From a virus, in the IMG/VR virus record IMGVR_UViG_3300035684_000001, positions 96,001 through 160,000 of that record: DNA of 64,000 nucleotides. One strand, 5' to 3'. A program made the translations under genes and the position numbers. Under the pieces are notes generated by a model. That model was given only the letters and a program-made list of their open reading frames with translations, was not told the origin of the DNA and did not search any database. Every line of letters begins with the position of its first letter. Positions within the stretch are counted from its first letter, which is position 1. Shown here piece after piece: positions 37,454 to 47,696 of this stretch.

Positions 37454-38275
37454 ATGGTACTTAAAACTCCTCGCATTGTATCGATCGCCCCTTGGTTGGC
37501 GCTGCCAAATCAAAAAATCGTAATTAACGGTAGCGGATTTACAAAGGATGTTGCCGTTAAACTAGGAGAATCTGTAAGTTTAACGGTAACATTCCACAGT
37601 CCGACTCAAATTTCGGCGATTGTCCCGGTCGTCTCTCCGGGAAGTTATTTTATTGTTGTTGATCGCGCCGGGGTAAAATCTAATGCGGTACGGGTGGCGA
37701 TCGACAACAACTCTGCAATTACTCCACCGCCCCCGCCAATAAAACCGCAACCTTCTCCTGAGATTGAGATTGTTTGCGTCGATTATCCTGTTGTTGGGGC
37801 GATCGCCACCATTAAAGGCTCTGGATTTACGCCAGCAACATCTGTATTTTTTGGCGATGTGTCGGCGACAGACGTTGCTGTAGTTGATTCCGGCAAGATT
37901 CGGGTCAAAATTCCCGTCGTTGAACCGGGGAACCTCACTCTAAAGGTTAAAACAGTTGCAGGCGAAGATTCAGAGTCGTTCCAAGTTTTGCATCCCATCC
38001 CGAACCCTACTTTTAGGACTGTGGACGACGAATTTGAGTATTGGAATATGGCAACAAATACTTGGACTCGCTGGGAATCTAAAACTCCAGAATCTACACC
38101 TCAAGATGTTTTAATGGCGATGGTCGGTAATTTGAGTGCAATGGCGATCGCTCAGTCGAAGCAAATATCAGAACTTGAAAATCGGGTGTCGGTACTGGAT
38201 TCGGTACAGTTAAATTTGGATCTGGCGATCGCTATTCTCAAAGCACAGGGAAATAGCTTGAGCTTGATTGTGTAG
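37454..38275 (+). CDS. Two IPT/TIG (Ig-like) domains plus coiled coil
   Basis: P.IVSIAP...IVINGSGF; ATIKGSGFT...VFFG...IRVKIP. Start MVLK preferred. Confidence 0.75.
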   Translation: MVLKTPRIVSIAPWLALPNQKIVINGSGFTKDVAVKLGESVSLTVTFHSPTQISAIVPVVSPGSYFIVVDRAGVKSNAVRVAIDNNSAITPPPPPIKPQPSPEIEIVCVDYPVVGAIATIKGSGFTPATSVFFGDVSATDVAVVDSGKIRVKIPVVEPGNLTLKVKTVAGEDSESFQVLHPIPNPTFRTVDDEFEYWNMATNTWTRWESKTPESTPQDVLMAMVGNLSAMAIAQSKQISELENRVSVLDSVQLNLDLAIAILKAQGNSLSLIV

Positions 38276-38290
38276 GCAAATTTAAACAGC

Positions 38291-38330
38291 AAAAAGCCCG
38301 CACCCTGTTAGTTTAGGGCGCGGGCTTTTT
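38291..38330. terminator. Bidirectional terminator, repeated family
   Basis: AAAAAGCCCGCACCCT...AGGGCGCGGGCTTTTT. Confidence 0.8.
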
Positions 38331-38342
38331 GTTTTTTATTTC

Positions 38343-38624
38343 TTATTGACTCTGAGCAACTTGCTGATCTGAATAACCGTAGCCATGCTTGGCGTCTATT
38401 GCCAACTTATGCTGACTCTCTATGCTTTCACTTTCAAGTATTTCACGAATGCAATTCCTGTTCTTAACTCTGTAAAAACTAGCGTAGCTGTGAATTACTG
38501 CCGCAGCATATAGCATTTCCTGCCTGCTATTAAGATCAGTTTTAGTAAGATGTTTGCTCAGGTCTTCTGGAGTTTCGACTCCAAAAGCTTTCATTAGATT
38601 TTGTTTTACATGAAAAGTATTCAT
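38343..38624 (-). CDS. Hypothetical accessory protein
   Basis: Own TATAAT promoter and AAACACAAAAACA-ATG leader. Confidence 0.65.
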   Translation of the reverse strand: MNTFHVKQNLMKAFGVETPEDLSKHLTKTDLNSRQEMLYAAAVIHSYASFYRVKNRNCIREILESESIESQHKLAIDAKHGYGYSDQQVAQSQ

Positions 38625-38750
38625 TGTTTTTGTGTTTGCTCGTACATATTAATATTATAACGTAGGTAAATAAAACAAGCTAGTATTTATCGTTATTTTC
38701 AAGGTACAAGGCAGCAGTTTGAGTTTGATATTGTAGCCAAAAATAAACAC

Positions 38751-38790
38751 AAAAAAGCCCGCAACCTAATTAATGGGTTGCGGGCTTTTT
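38751..38790. terminator. Bidirectional terminator, repeated family
   Basis: AAAAAAGCCCGCAACCT...GGGTTGCGGGCTTTTT. Confidence 0.85.
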
Positions 38791-38893
38791 ACGGGCTAGA
38801 AGTTGTTATTTTGCTAGAAGTTCGCGACAAATCGCAAGTAAATCTGATCACTAACTGCTTGAATTGCCCTTGAAAATCGATGAAATAACCCAT
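38789..38893 (-). pseudogene. Truncated accessory gene (MGYFIDFQGQF...)
   Basis: Same 45-nt leader and similar N-terminus as 39427..39939, but only about 34 codons. Confidence 0.55.
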
Positions 38894-38959
38894 GTCGTTT
38901 AAATTGTTTAGATTTGTGTCTACCTCTTTATTATACTTTTAGTATATAGAATAAATAAC

Positions 38960-39000
38960 AAAAAGCCCGCAACCTAAATTAATAGGTTGCGGGCTTTTTT
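38960..39000. terminator. Bidirectional terminator, repeated family
   Basis: AAAAAGCCCGCAACCTA...TAGGTTGCGGGCTTTTTT. Confidence 0.85.
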
Positions 39001-39015
39001 AAGCTAAACCAGACG

Positions 39016-39315
39016 TTACATTATTTTTCCGTAAAGAATGGATGTTTTAGTGGGAAACCCTATAACGTAACTTCTTTCTTCTATCTTTGCTACGATCGCC
39101 TCACGAGTACACTTGATACCGTGATACTTAGCAAAATCTTTAAAAGAAGATTCTGCGTAGTCCTGATCTATTACACCGATATCAAACTCCCAGTCTTCTC
39201 CGAGAGTTTCTTCAATGTAGTCATATAAAATCCTGAGTCCTTTATTAGAGAAATTGTCTGGACTTGCAGATTTAACGCGCCTGAAAAAATCTTTGAAAGA
39301 CATTTGCATTTTCAT
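39016..39315 (-). CDS. Hypothetical accessory protein
   Basis: FSNKGLRILYDYIEE...EFD; own promoter. Confidence 0.65.
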   Translation of the reverse strand: MKMQMSFKDFFRRVKSASPDNFSNKGLRILYDYIEETLGEDWEFDIGVIDQDYAESSFKDFAKYHGIKCTREAIVAKIEERSYVIGFPTKTSILYGKIM

Positions 39316-39376
39316 TGTGTTTCTGAAGAGTGTTTATAATACTATTATAACTCGAATAAATAAATAAAGCAAACGC

Positions 39377-39415
39377 AAAAAGCCTGCAATCTATTAGTTT
39401 AGATTGCAGGCTTTT
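39377..39415. terminator. Bidirectional terminator, repeated family
   Basis: AAAAAGCCTGCAATCTA...TAGATTGCAGGCTTTT. Confidence 0.85.
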
Positions 39416-39426
39416 GTTAATGAGAT

Positions 39427-39939
39427 TTATTTAATCTCAGTTTTTTTGGTAATAACATAACTGTTGTTGACAACAGTTATTGTTCCTGTGTTTGTCTCAT
39501 CACCTTTTTCGCCACGCCATTCGACGCAGCCGTTGACAATGACACCCCAAGGTCTTAAAAAATTGTCAATGAGGTAGTCCAACCATTCTGAGGGATAATG
39601 AAACGAGTCATTTCCATCCCATTGGAGGAAGTCACCTTCTGTTGAAGGTATCCAATTACAGTACAAGCTAGGTTGGTTGGTAGGTGGTTCATTGGGATGA
39701 ACGACAGATAGAGAGTCACAATCTTGACCCATAAGTACCATCGATCCGACATAATATTCTGCTTCCCAACCTATTGGTAGTTTGACAGCTTTTCTTATTG
39801 GATCTGGGAGCTTTTCAGCAATTAGCTGATCTCGTTTCATCCGCCTCGTTCTTGCGAATTTCATTAGATAATTAACTTGCTCCGTTGTTAGTTTTGGGGA
39901 TAGATTGAATTTTCCGTGAAACGTGGTTGCGTGACTCAT
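39427..39939 (-). CDS. Conserved phage hypothetical protein
   Basis: TTFHGKF...RRMKRD...PSLYCNW...WDG...EWLDYLIDNFL.PWG..VNG...W.GE. Confidence 0.75.
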   Translation of the reverse strand: MSHATTFHGKFNLSPKLTTEQVNYLMKFARTRRMKRDQLIAEKLPDPIRKAVKLPIGWEAEYYVGSMVLMGQDCDSLSVVHPNEPPTNQPSLYCNWIPSTEGDFLQWDGNDSFHYPSEWLDYLIDNFLRPWGVIVNGCVEWRGEKGDETNTGTITVVNNSYVITKKTEIK

Positions 39940-40007
39940 GTTGTTTAAATTGTTTAGATTCGTGTTTACCTCTTTATTATAAAGCCGAAAAATAAAATAA
40001 ACAAGTA

Positions 40008-40334
40008 TTAGTCAGTACACACGTCAACTATTTCTACGTTCATTACACTTGGCTCTCCGAGTTCGCTTTTTGAACTCAAATGCACGGTAAATTCGCGATC
40101 AAAATCCAAACTATTGTCTTCAAATATCGGAATTTCAATATCGCACTGCCTTTGACCGGGTATGAACAACAATAGGCGATCGAGGTGATCGAAATCAACT
40201 CCTGCCCTAGCTGTTCCGTTTTGTGAAGTAACCCGGACTTTTTCTGGCAATGAAATATCTAACTTTCTGATTACGGCAAATCGTGCCATTCGACCTTCCG
40301 CCACAATTAACGAGGGACTACTCAATAAAAACAT
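40008..40334 (-). CDS. Stand-alone Calx-beta domain protein
   Basis: V.VTSQNGTARAGVDF...F.PGQ....I.IPI.ED...DREFTV.L. Start moved to 40334 because the longer ORF overlaps the tRNA. Confidence 0.8.
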   Translation of the reverse strand: MFLLSSPSLIVAEGRMARFAVIRKLDISLPEKVRVTSQNGTARAGVDFDHLDRLLLFIPGQRQCDIEIPIFEDNSLDFDREFTVHLSSKSELGEPSVMNVEIVDVCTD

Positions 40335-40335
40335 C

Positions 40336-40364
40336 TTGACAATATCCAGAAACAACGATATTAT
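40336..40364 (+). promoter_or_regulatory. sigma70 promoter of the tRNA
   Basis: TTGACA (40336-40341), 17 nt, TATTAT (40359-40364). Confidence 0.8.
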
Positions 40365-40375
40365 TAAAACTGCAA

Positions 40376-40449
<74 letters not shown>

Positions 40450-40456
40450 TTAAAAA

Positions 40457-42367
40457 ATGCCACATTCCCGTCGCCTTTTTGAAATGCTTCCGCTGTACGC
40501 ACAGTTGGCGGACGAGATCGGTTTATTGCAGCATTTGTGCGACGTAGGAGTCCAACCACAACTGGACATCCTCTACAAGATAGTCCAACTCCAAGAGTAT
40601 CTCTACGATCCAGATCACCCCGCATCTTTCCCGCATTTGGACTGGCTGGGTCAATTTGTAGGTCTGGGGAAAATTGAAGATCACTATTTGGGAATTGGCA
40701 TCAATCCCGAGTGGTCAACCATCCATAAGCGAAACCTAATCAAGTCCGCGTGGAAGTATTGGCGGATCAAGGGAACCGAGAAAGGAATTCGGATGGCGAT
40801 CGCCCTGTGGCTGCTTTGGGACAAATCCGACGATCGCCAGCTACTAGAAATCAGGCAGCCTCTGGGTCGGTTCCCGCTAGAAGAACCTCCCAACTGGATA
40901 ACCTGCGGAACCCGCTACAATCACTTTCGCACTCAAACTTTCAACGACTTGCAGCGCATGGGCTGGGGCGACGCTCCCGGAAGGACTTATCGACCTCGTT
41001 ACAAAATATTTACAGATCCCGGTGGAAGTTGGGTTTATGGCAACAGGTACAGCGATCGCCGACTGTTGTACCGCAAGCCCAACGAAATTTCTAAAGAATG
41101 TTCGATGATGGGGATATACCGCCCCTGGATGCACTTCAACGAATTAGACGAAACCAACTGGCACAAAATATTTCCCGACATATTCGATCTCAATCACGAG
41201 ATTTGGATGGCAACATCAACCCCGACCGTAATTGGCTGGTTTCATTTTCCCGTCAAAGCATTGGAACCAAAAGTTTTACCTCCAAAACCGATCGCCCACA
41301 AGTACAAATTTGAGTGCGACGGCATCCACTACGGCGATCGCTACCAACCTCGAATTGTCAAAAAACAAGAAATTGTTAGAATCCAGAAACGCTGGACTTT
41401 TTGGGAGAAAGCTTGTTGGTACGGCGACGCTTTTGGATGGACGAAGCCAACAACTGTTATTCCTCCTCCTCGCCCGCCGATGGCATTAGCTTTTTACGGG
41501 GATATCTACGGAACTGTCGCCAAGGTTTCCAATGAGTCAAGACGATCGCGCATACACCCCGCCAAGTTTTATTACGGCGATGGAGTTTTAACTGAGTCTG
41601 CAAAAATAGAAACTTTAATTTGCAGCCCGGGAATCTGGCTTCAGGTTTCAAAAAAAACTGCGGGCGAGCGTCGTTTTAACGAACAAATCTTAACGATAGA
41701 GGTTACGACTGTCGAAACGGAAATACCAGCGGGCAATCGGCTCACGAATATTTCAGCGCTGCAGGGCGATCGTTTTTTTGACTTGCGACAAAATTTTCTA
41801 CAGCCCTATGCTGCAACCAAAATTGAGGAAATTAAAAAAATTGGCTCAATAATTGCCTCTGGTTTTTGGAATTCTGGTGCACCTTGGAATTACTTCGTTA
41901 GAAAACCCGGGCAAGGGCAATCGAGCGCTGAAACTACTGAGTTAATTCAGTTGTGCCACTTCACTCGCCGATACAGCCGGCGCATCTTAACGATTGTTGA
42001 GAAAAAAACAATTCCACAGCGGGCGATCGCCTTGCACGAGTTATTCCCAATGTTGAAGCAGGCGTCAGACTCAAAGAATTGGGAGTGTCAACTATCGACG
42101 ACGCTTGGCTGGCTGGTCTATCCCCCTATCTCTATAGTTGCGCTGAGCAATGCGAACTGGAAAACAGCAAGGCGATCAACTGCTGTTTCTAGAGATTTTC
42201 CGTACTTGCTGGTTGAATTTTTGGGACGATCGGAATCTGACACATTGGTCGATTCTATCAAAATATACTTAGCTGGCAAGTTAGTTGAGGCGCGCTACTT
42301 TGACAAATCACTGTTTATGGGGGAAATCGGTGGGTTTGGCGTAAGAATAATTTTACAATTAACTTGA
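40457..42367 (+). CDS. Baseplate/tail protein with P2 gpI-like N-terminus
   Basis: LDWLGQFVG...KRNLIKSAW.YWRIKGTEKGI. Confidence 0.75.
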   Translation: MPHSRRLFEMLPLYAQLADEIGLLQHLCDVGVQPQLDILYKIVQLQEYLYDPDHPASFPHLDWLGQFVGLGKIEDHYLGIGINPEWSTIHKRNLIKSAWKYWRIKGTEKGIRMAIALWLLWDKSDDRQLLEIRQPLGRFPLEEPPNWITCGTRYNHFRTQTFNDLQRMGWGDAPGRTYRPRYKIFTDPGGSWVYGNRYSDRRLLYRKPNEISKECSMMGIYRPWMHFNELDETNWHKIFPDIFDLNHEIWMATSTPTVIGWFHFPVKALEPKVLPPKPIAHKYKFECDGIHYGDRYQPRIVKKQEIVRIQKRWTFWEKACWYGDAFGWTKPTTVIPPPRPPMALAFYGDIYGTVAKVSNESRRSRIHPAKFYYGDGVLTESAKIETLICSPGIWLQVSKKTAGERRFNEQILTIEVTTVETEIPAGNRLTNISALQGDRFFDLRQNFLQPYAATKIEEIKKIGSIIASGFWNSGAPWNYFVRKPGQGQSSAETTELIQLCHFTRRYSRRILTIVEKKTIPQRAIALHELFPMLKQASDSKNWECQLSTTLGWLVYPPISIVALSNANWKTARRSTAVSRDFPYLLVEFLGRSESDTLVDSIKIYLAGKLVEARYFDKSLFMGEIGGFGVRIILQLT

Positions 42368-42380
42368 CTTTTAATATTGT

Positions 42381-42713
42381 TTGAGTTTTAATAATATTAA
42401 AAGTCACACAATACTTTATCAAGTTATGCGTATAAAAGTTACAAAAAACAACGAACATACTTTTGAGGGAATCGCTTTAGAGCTTCATGAGACAATTTTC
42501 ATAGATCGCCAAGGAGGTTTAATTGAAAAATACCATATTTTTGAAGGACAAAAAATATGGGGTTGGCATAAAAATTTACCAGTAGATAAGGAGATAGAAG
42601 TTCAACGACTCGTTGCAAAAAGCAGCTTTGGGATTGTGGGACACCCAGAAGGTCAACTCGTATTAATTGAGTTTCCATCTGAAAAAGTTTCAGAACGCAT
42701 AATTTACCTTTAA
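42381..42713 (+). CDS. Hypothetical protein (start probably 42426)
   Basis: ORF track. Confidence 0.5.
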   Translation: MSFNNIKSHTILYQVMRIKVTKNNEHTFEGIALELHETIFIDRQGGLIEKYHIFEGQKIWGWHKNLPVDKEIEVQRLVAKSSFGIVGHPEGQLVLIEFPSEKVSERIIYL

Positions 42714-42729
42714 TTCGAGACTTAAAAAC

Positions 42730-43326
42730 ATGAAATTTTCAGAAATAACACCGGATACTAAGTTGAATTCTCCTCTCCTTGTCGGCGTTGCAGGAACAAG
42801 CAAAATAAAAGTCGATGCAACTAGAAACGCAATTGATAGGCTAAATTTATATTGTGGTGTAATCTCGATCGAGATTGGTAATACTGGCACGAATGAGCAA
42901 CCATGTGGCTATCCTGAAATTTATCAGGGTGCGAGAAAAAGAGCAAAAATGGCAAAAGAATCTCAGCCAGAACACATCGATGTTTACTTTGGGATAGAAA
43001 ATGGGATAGATTTAGTTGAACAATCAGGAATAATAGAATTAGATACGTGGATTGATTATGCGATTATTTACGCAATCGTACCAGGAAAATCGATTGTGTG
43101 TACAAAGTCGGACAAATGTGTTTTCCCGACAGGGGCTGTACTCGCTACAGAACAACTGCCAGGTGGTTTTAAAAAGAATACAGTTGGCAAGTATATGGCT
43201 GAGCAAAAAATTGTTTCGCGTCATGATAACCCGCACATCGATCTTTGCAGAAAAAGTCGTCTTCAGTTTTTAGAAGATGCGGTTTTTGAAGCGTTATTAC
43301 ATATTTTTCCGAAAATGCGTCAATAA
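42730..43326 (+). CDS. yjjX: Inosine/xanthosine triphosphatase-like (YjjX/DUF84)
   Basis: GTSKIKVDA, NEQP.G..EI..GA..RA, GIENG, KNTVG, SRLQF. Confidence 0.75.
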   Translation: MKFSEITPDTKLNSPLLVGVAGTSKIKVDATRNAIDRLNLYCGVISIEIGNTGTNEQPCGYPEIYQGARKRAKMAKESQPEHIDVYFGIENGIDLVEQSGIIELDTWIDYAIIYAIVPGKSIVCTKSDKCVFPTGAVLATEQLPGGFKKNTVGKYMAEQKIVSRHDNPHIDLCRKSRLQFLEDAVFEALLHIFPKMRQ

Positions 43327-43431
43327 CTAATTGTGATCGCCAGACCAATTCGCTATATTGTAACCAATGAATTGTACAAAATCTTGTTGTATCTCAATAC
43401 TTGACAGCCAAAATAAGGAGATCAAAAAACA

Positions 43432-43640
43432 ATGAAACTAGAAGTGGGCGATGTTTTTGAATCAATTACGGTGATGGCAATATTAACAACAGAACTATTG
43501 AAATTAAAGCCTTGTTTGACAATTATGTTGTCATCAAAACACTGAAAGCTGCAAGGACTCGTACTCATCCTTATGAAATTGAACATGAATATTTTTTTGA
43601 ATGTGCAGCAGCAAGAGGATATATGTCAAAATATGATTGA
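43432..43640 (+). pseudogene. Frameshifted small gene
   Basis: MKLEVGDVFES then a frame change into NYGDGNINNRTIEIKALFDNYVVIK...; AAGGAG RBS upstream. Confidence 0.4.
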
Positions 43641-43751
43641 AAGCGCAATTACCAAAATGTAATATTCCTTTTAACGTCTTATTCCGATCGCCCAAAATTA
43701 ATTGTGTTGCGATCGCCCCCCCGATCCGGTATAATCGACCCAGTGTATTAA

Positions 43752-46049
43752 TTGCACCTTACCCTGTTATATTTTCCCAAGCCGGGACTCCCTCAAACGA
43801 GTCTTGGTTATTTTTTTTGGAGAAGCATTTGTGTGGCTGAAGTATTTCAGAGAAAAGTTAACGATTTGGCGGTCAATCCCAAGGCTCCAGAAGGTATAGG
43901 AGACATATCTGTCCTTCTCGCGGAGGAAGTTAACCTCAACAACGATATTCAAGTTCAATATATTTACTGCTCCCGAGGACAGCCGAAGTGGCTGAAACAG
44001 CCCCAAGTCACCCCGATCGCCTCCGAACAAAACGTCTACCAAGTTCACGGTAAAGCGCACCTGCCGATCTACCCGAACGACGGACTCAGCTTAGACTTTA
44101 ACCTAAAAATTCCATCTATTAAGGCGTCAGCCGGGTCGATTGTCAACCGGGAAGACTATTTATACTTAATTGCATTCAGTTGCGAAGTTGGCGCAGAACA
44201 AGACCCAGAACTGGGTCAGCTAGAGTTTTCGTATCGCGATCAAGACGAGCAGACGCAGGAAATTCAGATTAAGCAGATGGTAGGCGAGAACTCCCGCAGG
44301 AAAAGGGTGTTTTTCATTGCCATTTTGTCTCCCGAACCGATCGCCTCAGAAGATTTTCGCCAACTGACGGCAATTCCCCGCAGCGGCGACATTGACGCGC
44401 ACCACCGATTTACCGTAACTAAAAAAGGCGGTACTGGGTTTCCGTTTGGCGAACATCACGTCTGGGCGATCGACGACAACTGGACAGAATCAAAAAGCTA
44501 TCGAGTTTTCCCAGATCATATAGATGTACTGCAAATTTGTACGGTTCGCCGCAAAGCCAACTATACAGAAGGAGGCTACACGGGGGGCGACGGCATTGAC
44601 ATTATCGGGATCATTTTAGATGGTGCCGCTTCGACGGAGGATGTCAACACGATCGCGTGGAAGCGAATAGTCGATTTATTTTCCGGTTTCAGTCGCAACT
44701 ATTCCCGGACAGTCCAAAACTTGGTTCTTGGAACTGTCCAGGGAAACAGTTCTCCCGGAGAAGCGGCGATCGCCTCGAACGGAACAAACATGATTGCCAA
44801 CGGGCAGCGCATGACCTTTTTGGATCAAGCTGTTACCGACAATATTTCGGTGGTAAAGGTTCGAGCGGAAAACGATGGAACCGACCGCGCGCTGGTATCG
44901 ATCGTCTTGCAGCAACCGACTCCCTACGGTACATACTTTTCAGAAAATCTTGCGCTCCATAAAATTTACAGTCCCGACGGTAAAGATCAATCTAGTTTGG
45001 GGCGATTTACCAGGCTCGGACATTCAGGGGTGTTGGCTTGGATTGCCAGCGAAGATTCTTCGATCAAACCCGGTGGCATTGCTTACTGCGTCCCGGCAAT
45101 TTGCTACCCGCCCGGATGCGGTTTTCAAGTTCCTTTCCGCCGCTGCGAAAAAGTTTGGTTTGCTGGAAAGGAATTGGCTGAGGGCAACATTCGAGAAGGC
45201 GGACAAAACGACTTAGTAGAGTATCAAGAACCTGCCGGAGATCAGTCGATAATTGCTGTTATGGCGCGGGAGCGGTCAGGAATTCTTTATCTATACGAAG
45301 ATGTGGTCGTTCAGTCCAATGAGTTTGGGATGGTAGTTGTTCCGGACGAACCCGCTGGTTGTTTTGCTTTCATAGAAGGAGTACCGGAAAGACTGGATTC
45401 GCCGATCGCCAGAGTCCCGCGTCCAAACACCGCCTACCGAGCGCTAGTTTACCGCAGCCCCCGTCCTTCAGACAAACTGCAATTTCTTTTGGCTTATCCC
45501 AAGTATGAAGGTCTGGGAGATGCAGGTTTGCTCGACGGTGCGGAAATTATTTCCGATCCGCTGTTTGTTGCACACTCTCAAGGCGGCGGCAACACCGTAC
45601 ACCGGGGGGAGGCTACGTTCCGCTTTTCGCCGATCGCCAAATACCTACCGCAAGCTAGCGCAGCTAGAGCGCCAGAACTTTACGGACCGATTCACCTTGC
45701 CGGCGAGACTTATCCGGGGCCGCTAACAATGCGAGTCTTGCCGATTCAGGCAAGTCCGGGATTGGCACTTCCTTTCTTGGGTCAGAAAATCGAGTACGTT
45801 AAAAACTCAATTGCTCCAATTCAGGGAGATCGGTCGATTGAGGGAAGGCTGACGATCGGGGGCGAAACGATGGGTTTCAGGCTCCCAAACCTGTCTCACG
45901 ATTCTTTGTTTCAAGGCGTTGTGGCGATCGTTATTCGGAAAGAAAAAGAAATTCGACTGCTGGTTATAACGCACGATGGAATTGGTGGGACTGCGGCTGC
46001 TTGCGACACTTCTGCCGGAACTGCATTCGATCTATTTACCTTGGTTTAA
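43752..46049 (+). CDS. Large virion structural protein (true start probably later, near 43820)
   Basis: 765-aa ORF heading a co-oriented structural cluster. Confidence 0.65.
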   Translation: MHLTLLYFPKPGLPQTSLGYFFWRSICVAEVFQRKVNDLAVNPKAPEGIGDISVLLAEEVNLNNDIQVQYIYCSRGQPKWLKQPQVTPIASEQNVYQVHGKAHLPIYPNDGLSLDFNLKIPSIKASAGSIVNREDYLYLIAFSCEVGAEQDPELGQLEFSYRDQDEQTQEIQIKQMVGENSRRKRVFFIAILSPEPIASEDFRQLTAIPRSGDIDAHHRFTVTKKGGTGFPFGEHHVWAIDDNWTESKSYRVFPDHIDVLQICTVRRKANYTEGGYTGGDGIDIIGIILDGAASTEDVNTIAWKRIVDLFSGFSRNYSRTVQNLVLGTVQGNSSPGEAAIASNGTNMIANGQRMTFLDQAVTDNISVVKVRAENDGTDRALVSIVLQQPTPYGTYFSENLALHKIYSPDGKDQSSLGRFTRLGHSGVLAWIASEDSSIKPGGIAYCVPAICYPPGCGFQVPFRRCEKVWFAGKELAEGNIREGGQNDLVEYQEPAGDQSIIAVMARERSGILYLYEDVVVQSNEFGMVVVPDEPAGCFAFIEGVPERLDSPIARVPRPNTAYRALVYRSPRPSDKLQFLLAYPKYEGLGDAGLLDGAEIISDPLFVAHSQGGGNTVHRGEATFRFSPIAKYLPQASAARAPELYGPIHLAGETYPGPLTMRVLPIQASPGLALPFLGQKIEYVKNSIAPIQGDRSIEGRLTIGGETMGFRLPNLSHDSLFQGVVAIVIRKEKEIRLLVITHDGIGGTAAACDTSAGTAFDLFTLV

Positions 46050-46052
46050 AAA

Positions 46053-47696
46053 ATGGGAAAAATTAATTTCGGAATTAAAGGTACGTTCGGGGATTTTTAC
46101 CAAGGTAGATTTCCTACATTTAGCAGATCTTCTCCTTTATTTCTTGAAAAAGAAATAAATGGCTCTTTAGACTTAATCCCGATATCAAGCAATGAACCGG
46201 CTATTTACGACAACGGCAATTTTGTGATTGCCCCAGAAATTAGCAATTTGCTGACATACTCTGACGATTTAAAGAGTTCGGAGTGGATAGCAGGTTCTAA
46301 TGTTTTTGTGAGGCGCGAAACAACTCGCGGCGCGGTGTCGATAAGGCAGGAAGCAGACTCGATCGCCGTCATTGCTGGTAAAGGGCAGGATGAAGAAAGT
46401 CGAAAACGGCAAATACTAAGGCGATCAATCTACCTAGAAACGGGAAAAACGTACACGGCTTGGACGATTTTGCGACTTGCCAACGGTAGTGCTGGGGCGG
46501 GCGACACATTTCGCGTAATTCAATCGGGCAAAATTTTGGCTCAGGCTTCTTTGGGCGAAATGCTGAACGACGCGATCGATGCAAACAAGCGAATTGACAT
46601 TCAGTTTGTCCCCATCGACGAAACCTTAGTTCACATTGAGTTTTTCATGGAAAATTCAATGACGCTTGAAGTGACGATCGTCCAGATTGAAGAGAGAAAT
46701 TTTCCGACTTTCCCGGTCTACCAACAATCAGTTATCGTACCAGTAGAGCCAACAATCCTCTACTACCACCAATCGCCGCTGCAAGGCTTGAGGACTTTTG
46801 GGGTGATGGGCGCGATTGAGTATTGGAGAGGCGATGGCAATGTTGTCGAATGCGGTGATTTTAAAATAGCGATTAAAGGTAAAAAATTGTATGTAGAAAT
46901 TGGCACTTCTTCTGTTTTAAGTGAAGAATTGCCCAGCAGCTTTAAGTTTTACGTTCAAGTTGTCAGCGAAACTGGACTGACAAACGTCTACATAGATGGA
47001 AAACTAGCAGCCAAAACACCTACTCCGAATCTGTACCGAGCATCTGAGTCTGCAATGGTTTTATCGAGCGAAGGGGTGAGATGTTTTCAGCACTTGGTTT
47101 GCACCGAGGGCTTAATGGAGGATGGAAGAGTTGAAATCGGGCATCTTGCACTCAAAGATATAAAACGATTGTTTGAAGGAATCCCTATTCCGGCTGAAAT
47201 TATAGGATCTTCTTCACAAAAATTTATCGGCAAACCCGTAGAGGTTCCAGCCGCTTCGATTGATGAGTCTGGTTTTCTTATTCCCGGGTATGCTGCGGTA
47301 AGGATGCCGTTTTTGGCGATCGACCCGCAGGAGATTGAAAAAGTATTTCCTTCGACGCAAGAAGTCCAAATCAATTCTACTTTATCCTTTAAAGTGGGGA
47401 AAGCGTTCGTGCAAACCCTTGCAGGCGCAGATATTCGGACTGTCGAAGTAGTTGCCACTGACAATGCCTCTCGCAGGTTAAAGCTTGATACCGTAGAGTT
47501 GTTGCTTCCCGGTCAGGTGATCTCGCAGCCGACGCCCAACGGTGAGACTATCGTCCCCTGGATGAATTACGGGATAGACTTTTTGTATCCGTCGCCAAAT
47601 GTTTCTGTCGTCGCTAGTTATGGAGACGGTATAATATTAGCAAATAAAGGTTCAGAACCTTGCAGCGTAATTCCTGAGTACAAGATAAACCTATGA
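46053..47696 (+). CDS. Structural protein with possible carbohydrate-binding/LamG-like folds
   Basis: SNLLTYSDDL..S.W start; VQIEE...PT.P; TNVYIDGKL. Confidence 0.6.
   Translation: MGKINFGIKGTFGDFYQGRFPTFSRSSPLFLEKEINGSLDLIPISSNEPAIYDNGNFVIAPEISNLLTYSDDLKSSEWIAGSNVFVRRETTRGAVSIRQEADSIAVIAGKGQDEESRKRQILRRSIYLETGKTYTAWTILRLANGSAGAGDTFRVIQSGKILAQASLGEMLNDAIDANKRIDIQFVPIDETLVHIEFFMENSMTLEVTIVQIEERNFPTFPVYQQSVIVPVEPTILYYHQSPLQGLRTFGVMGAIEYWRGDGNVVECGDFKIAIKGKKLYVEIGTSSVLSEELPSSFKFYVQVVSETGLTNVYIDGKLAAKTPTPNLYRASESAMVLSSEGVRCFQHLVCTEGLMEDGRVEIGHLALKDIKRLFEGIPIPAEIIGSSSQKFIGKPVEVPAASIDESGFLIPGYAAVRMPFLAIDPQEIEKVFPSTQEVQINSTLSFKVGKAFVQTLAGADIRTVEVVATDNASRRLKLDTVELLLPGQVISQPTPNGETIVPWMNYGIDFLYPSPNVSVVASYGDGIILANKGSEPCSVIPEYKINL

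Noticed and set aside
38291-39415. Integron attC sites
   Set aside because: No RYYYAAC/GTTRRRY ends or extrahelical-base pattern and no integrase; the hairpins fit bidirectional terminators.
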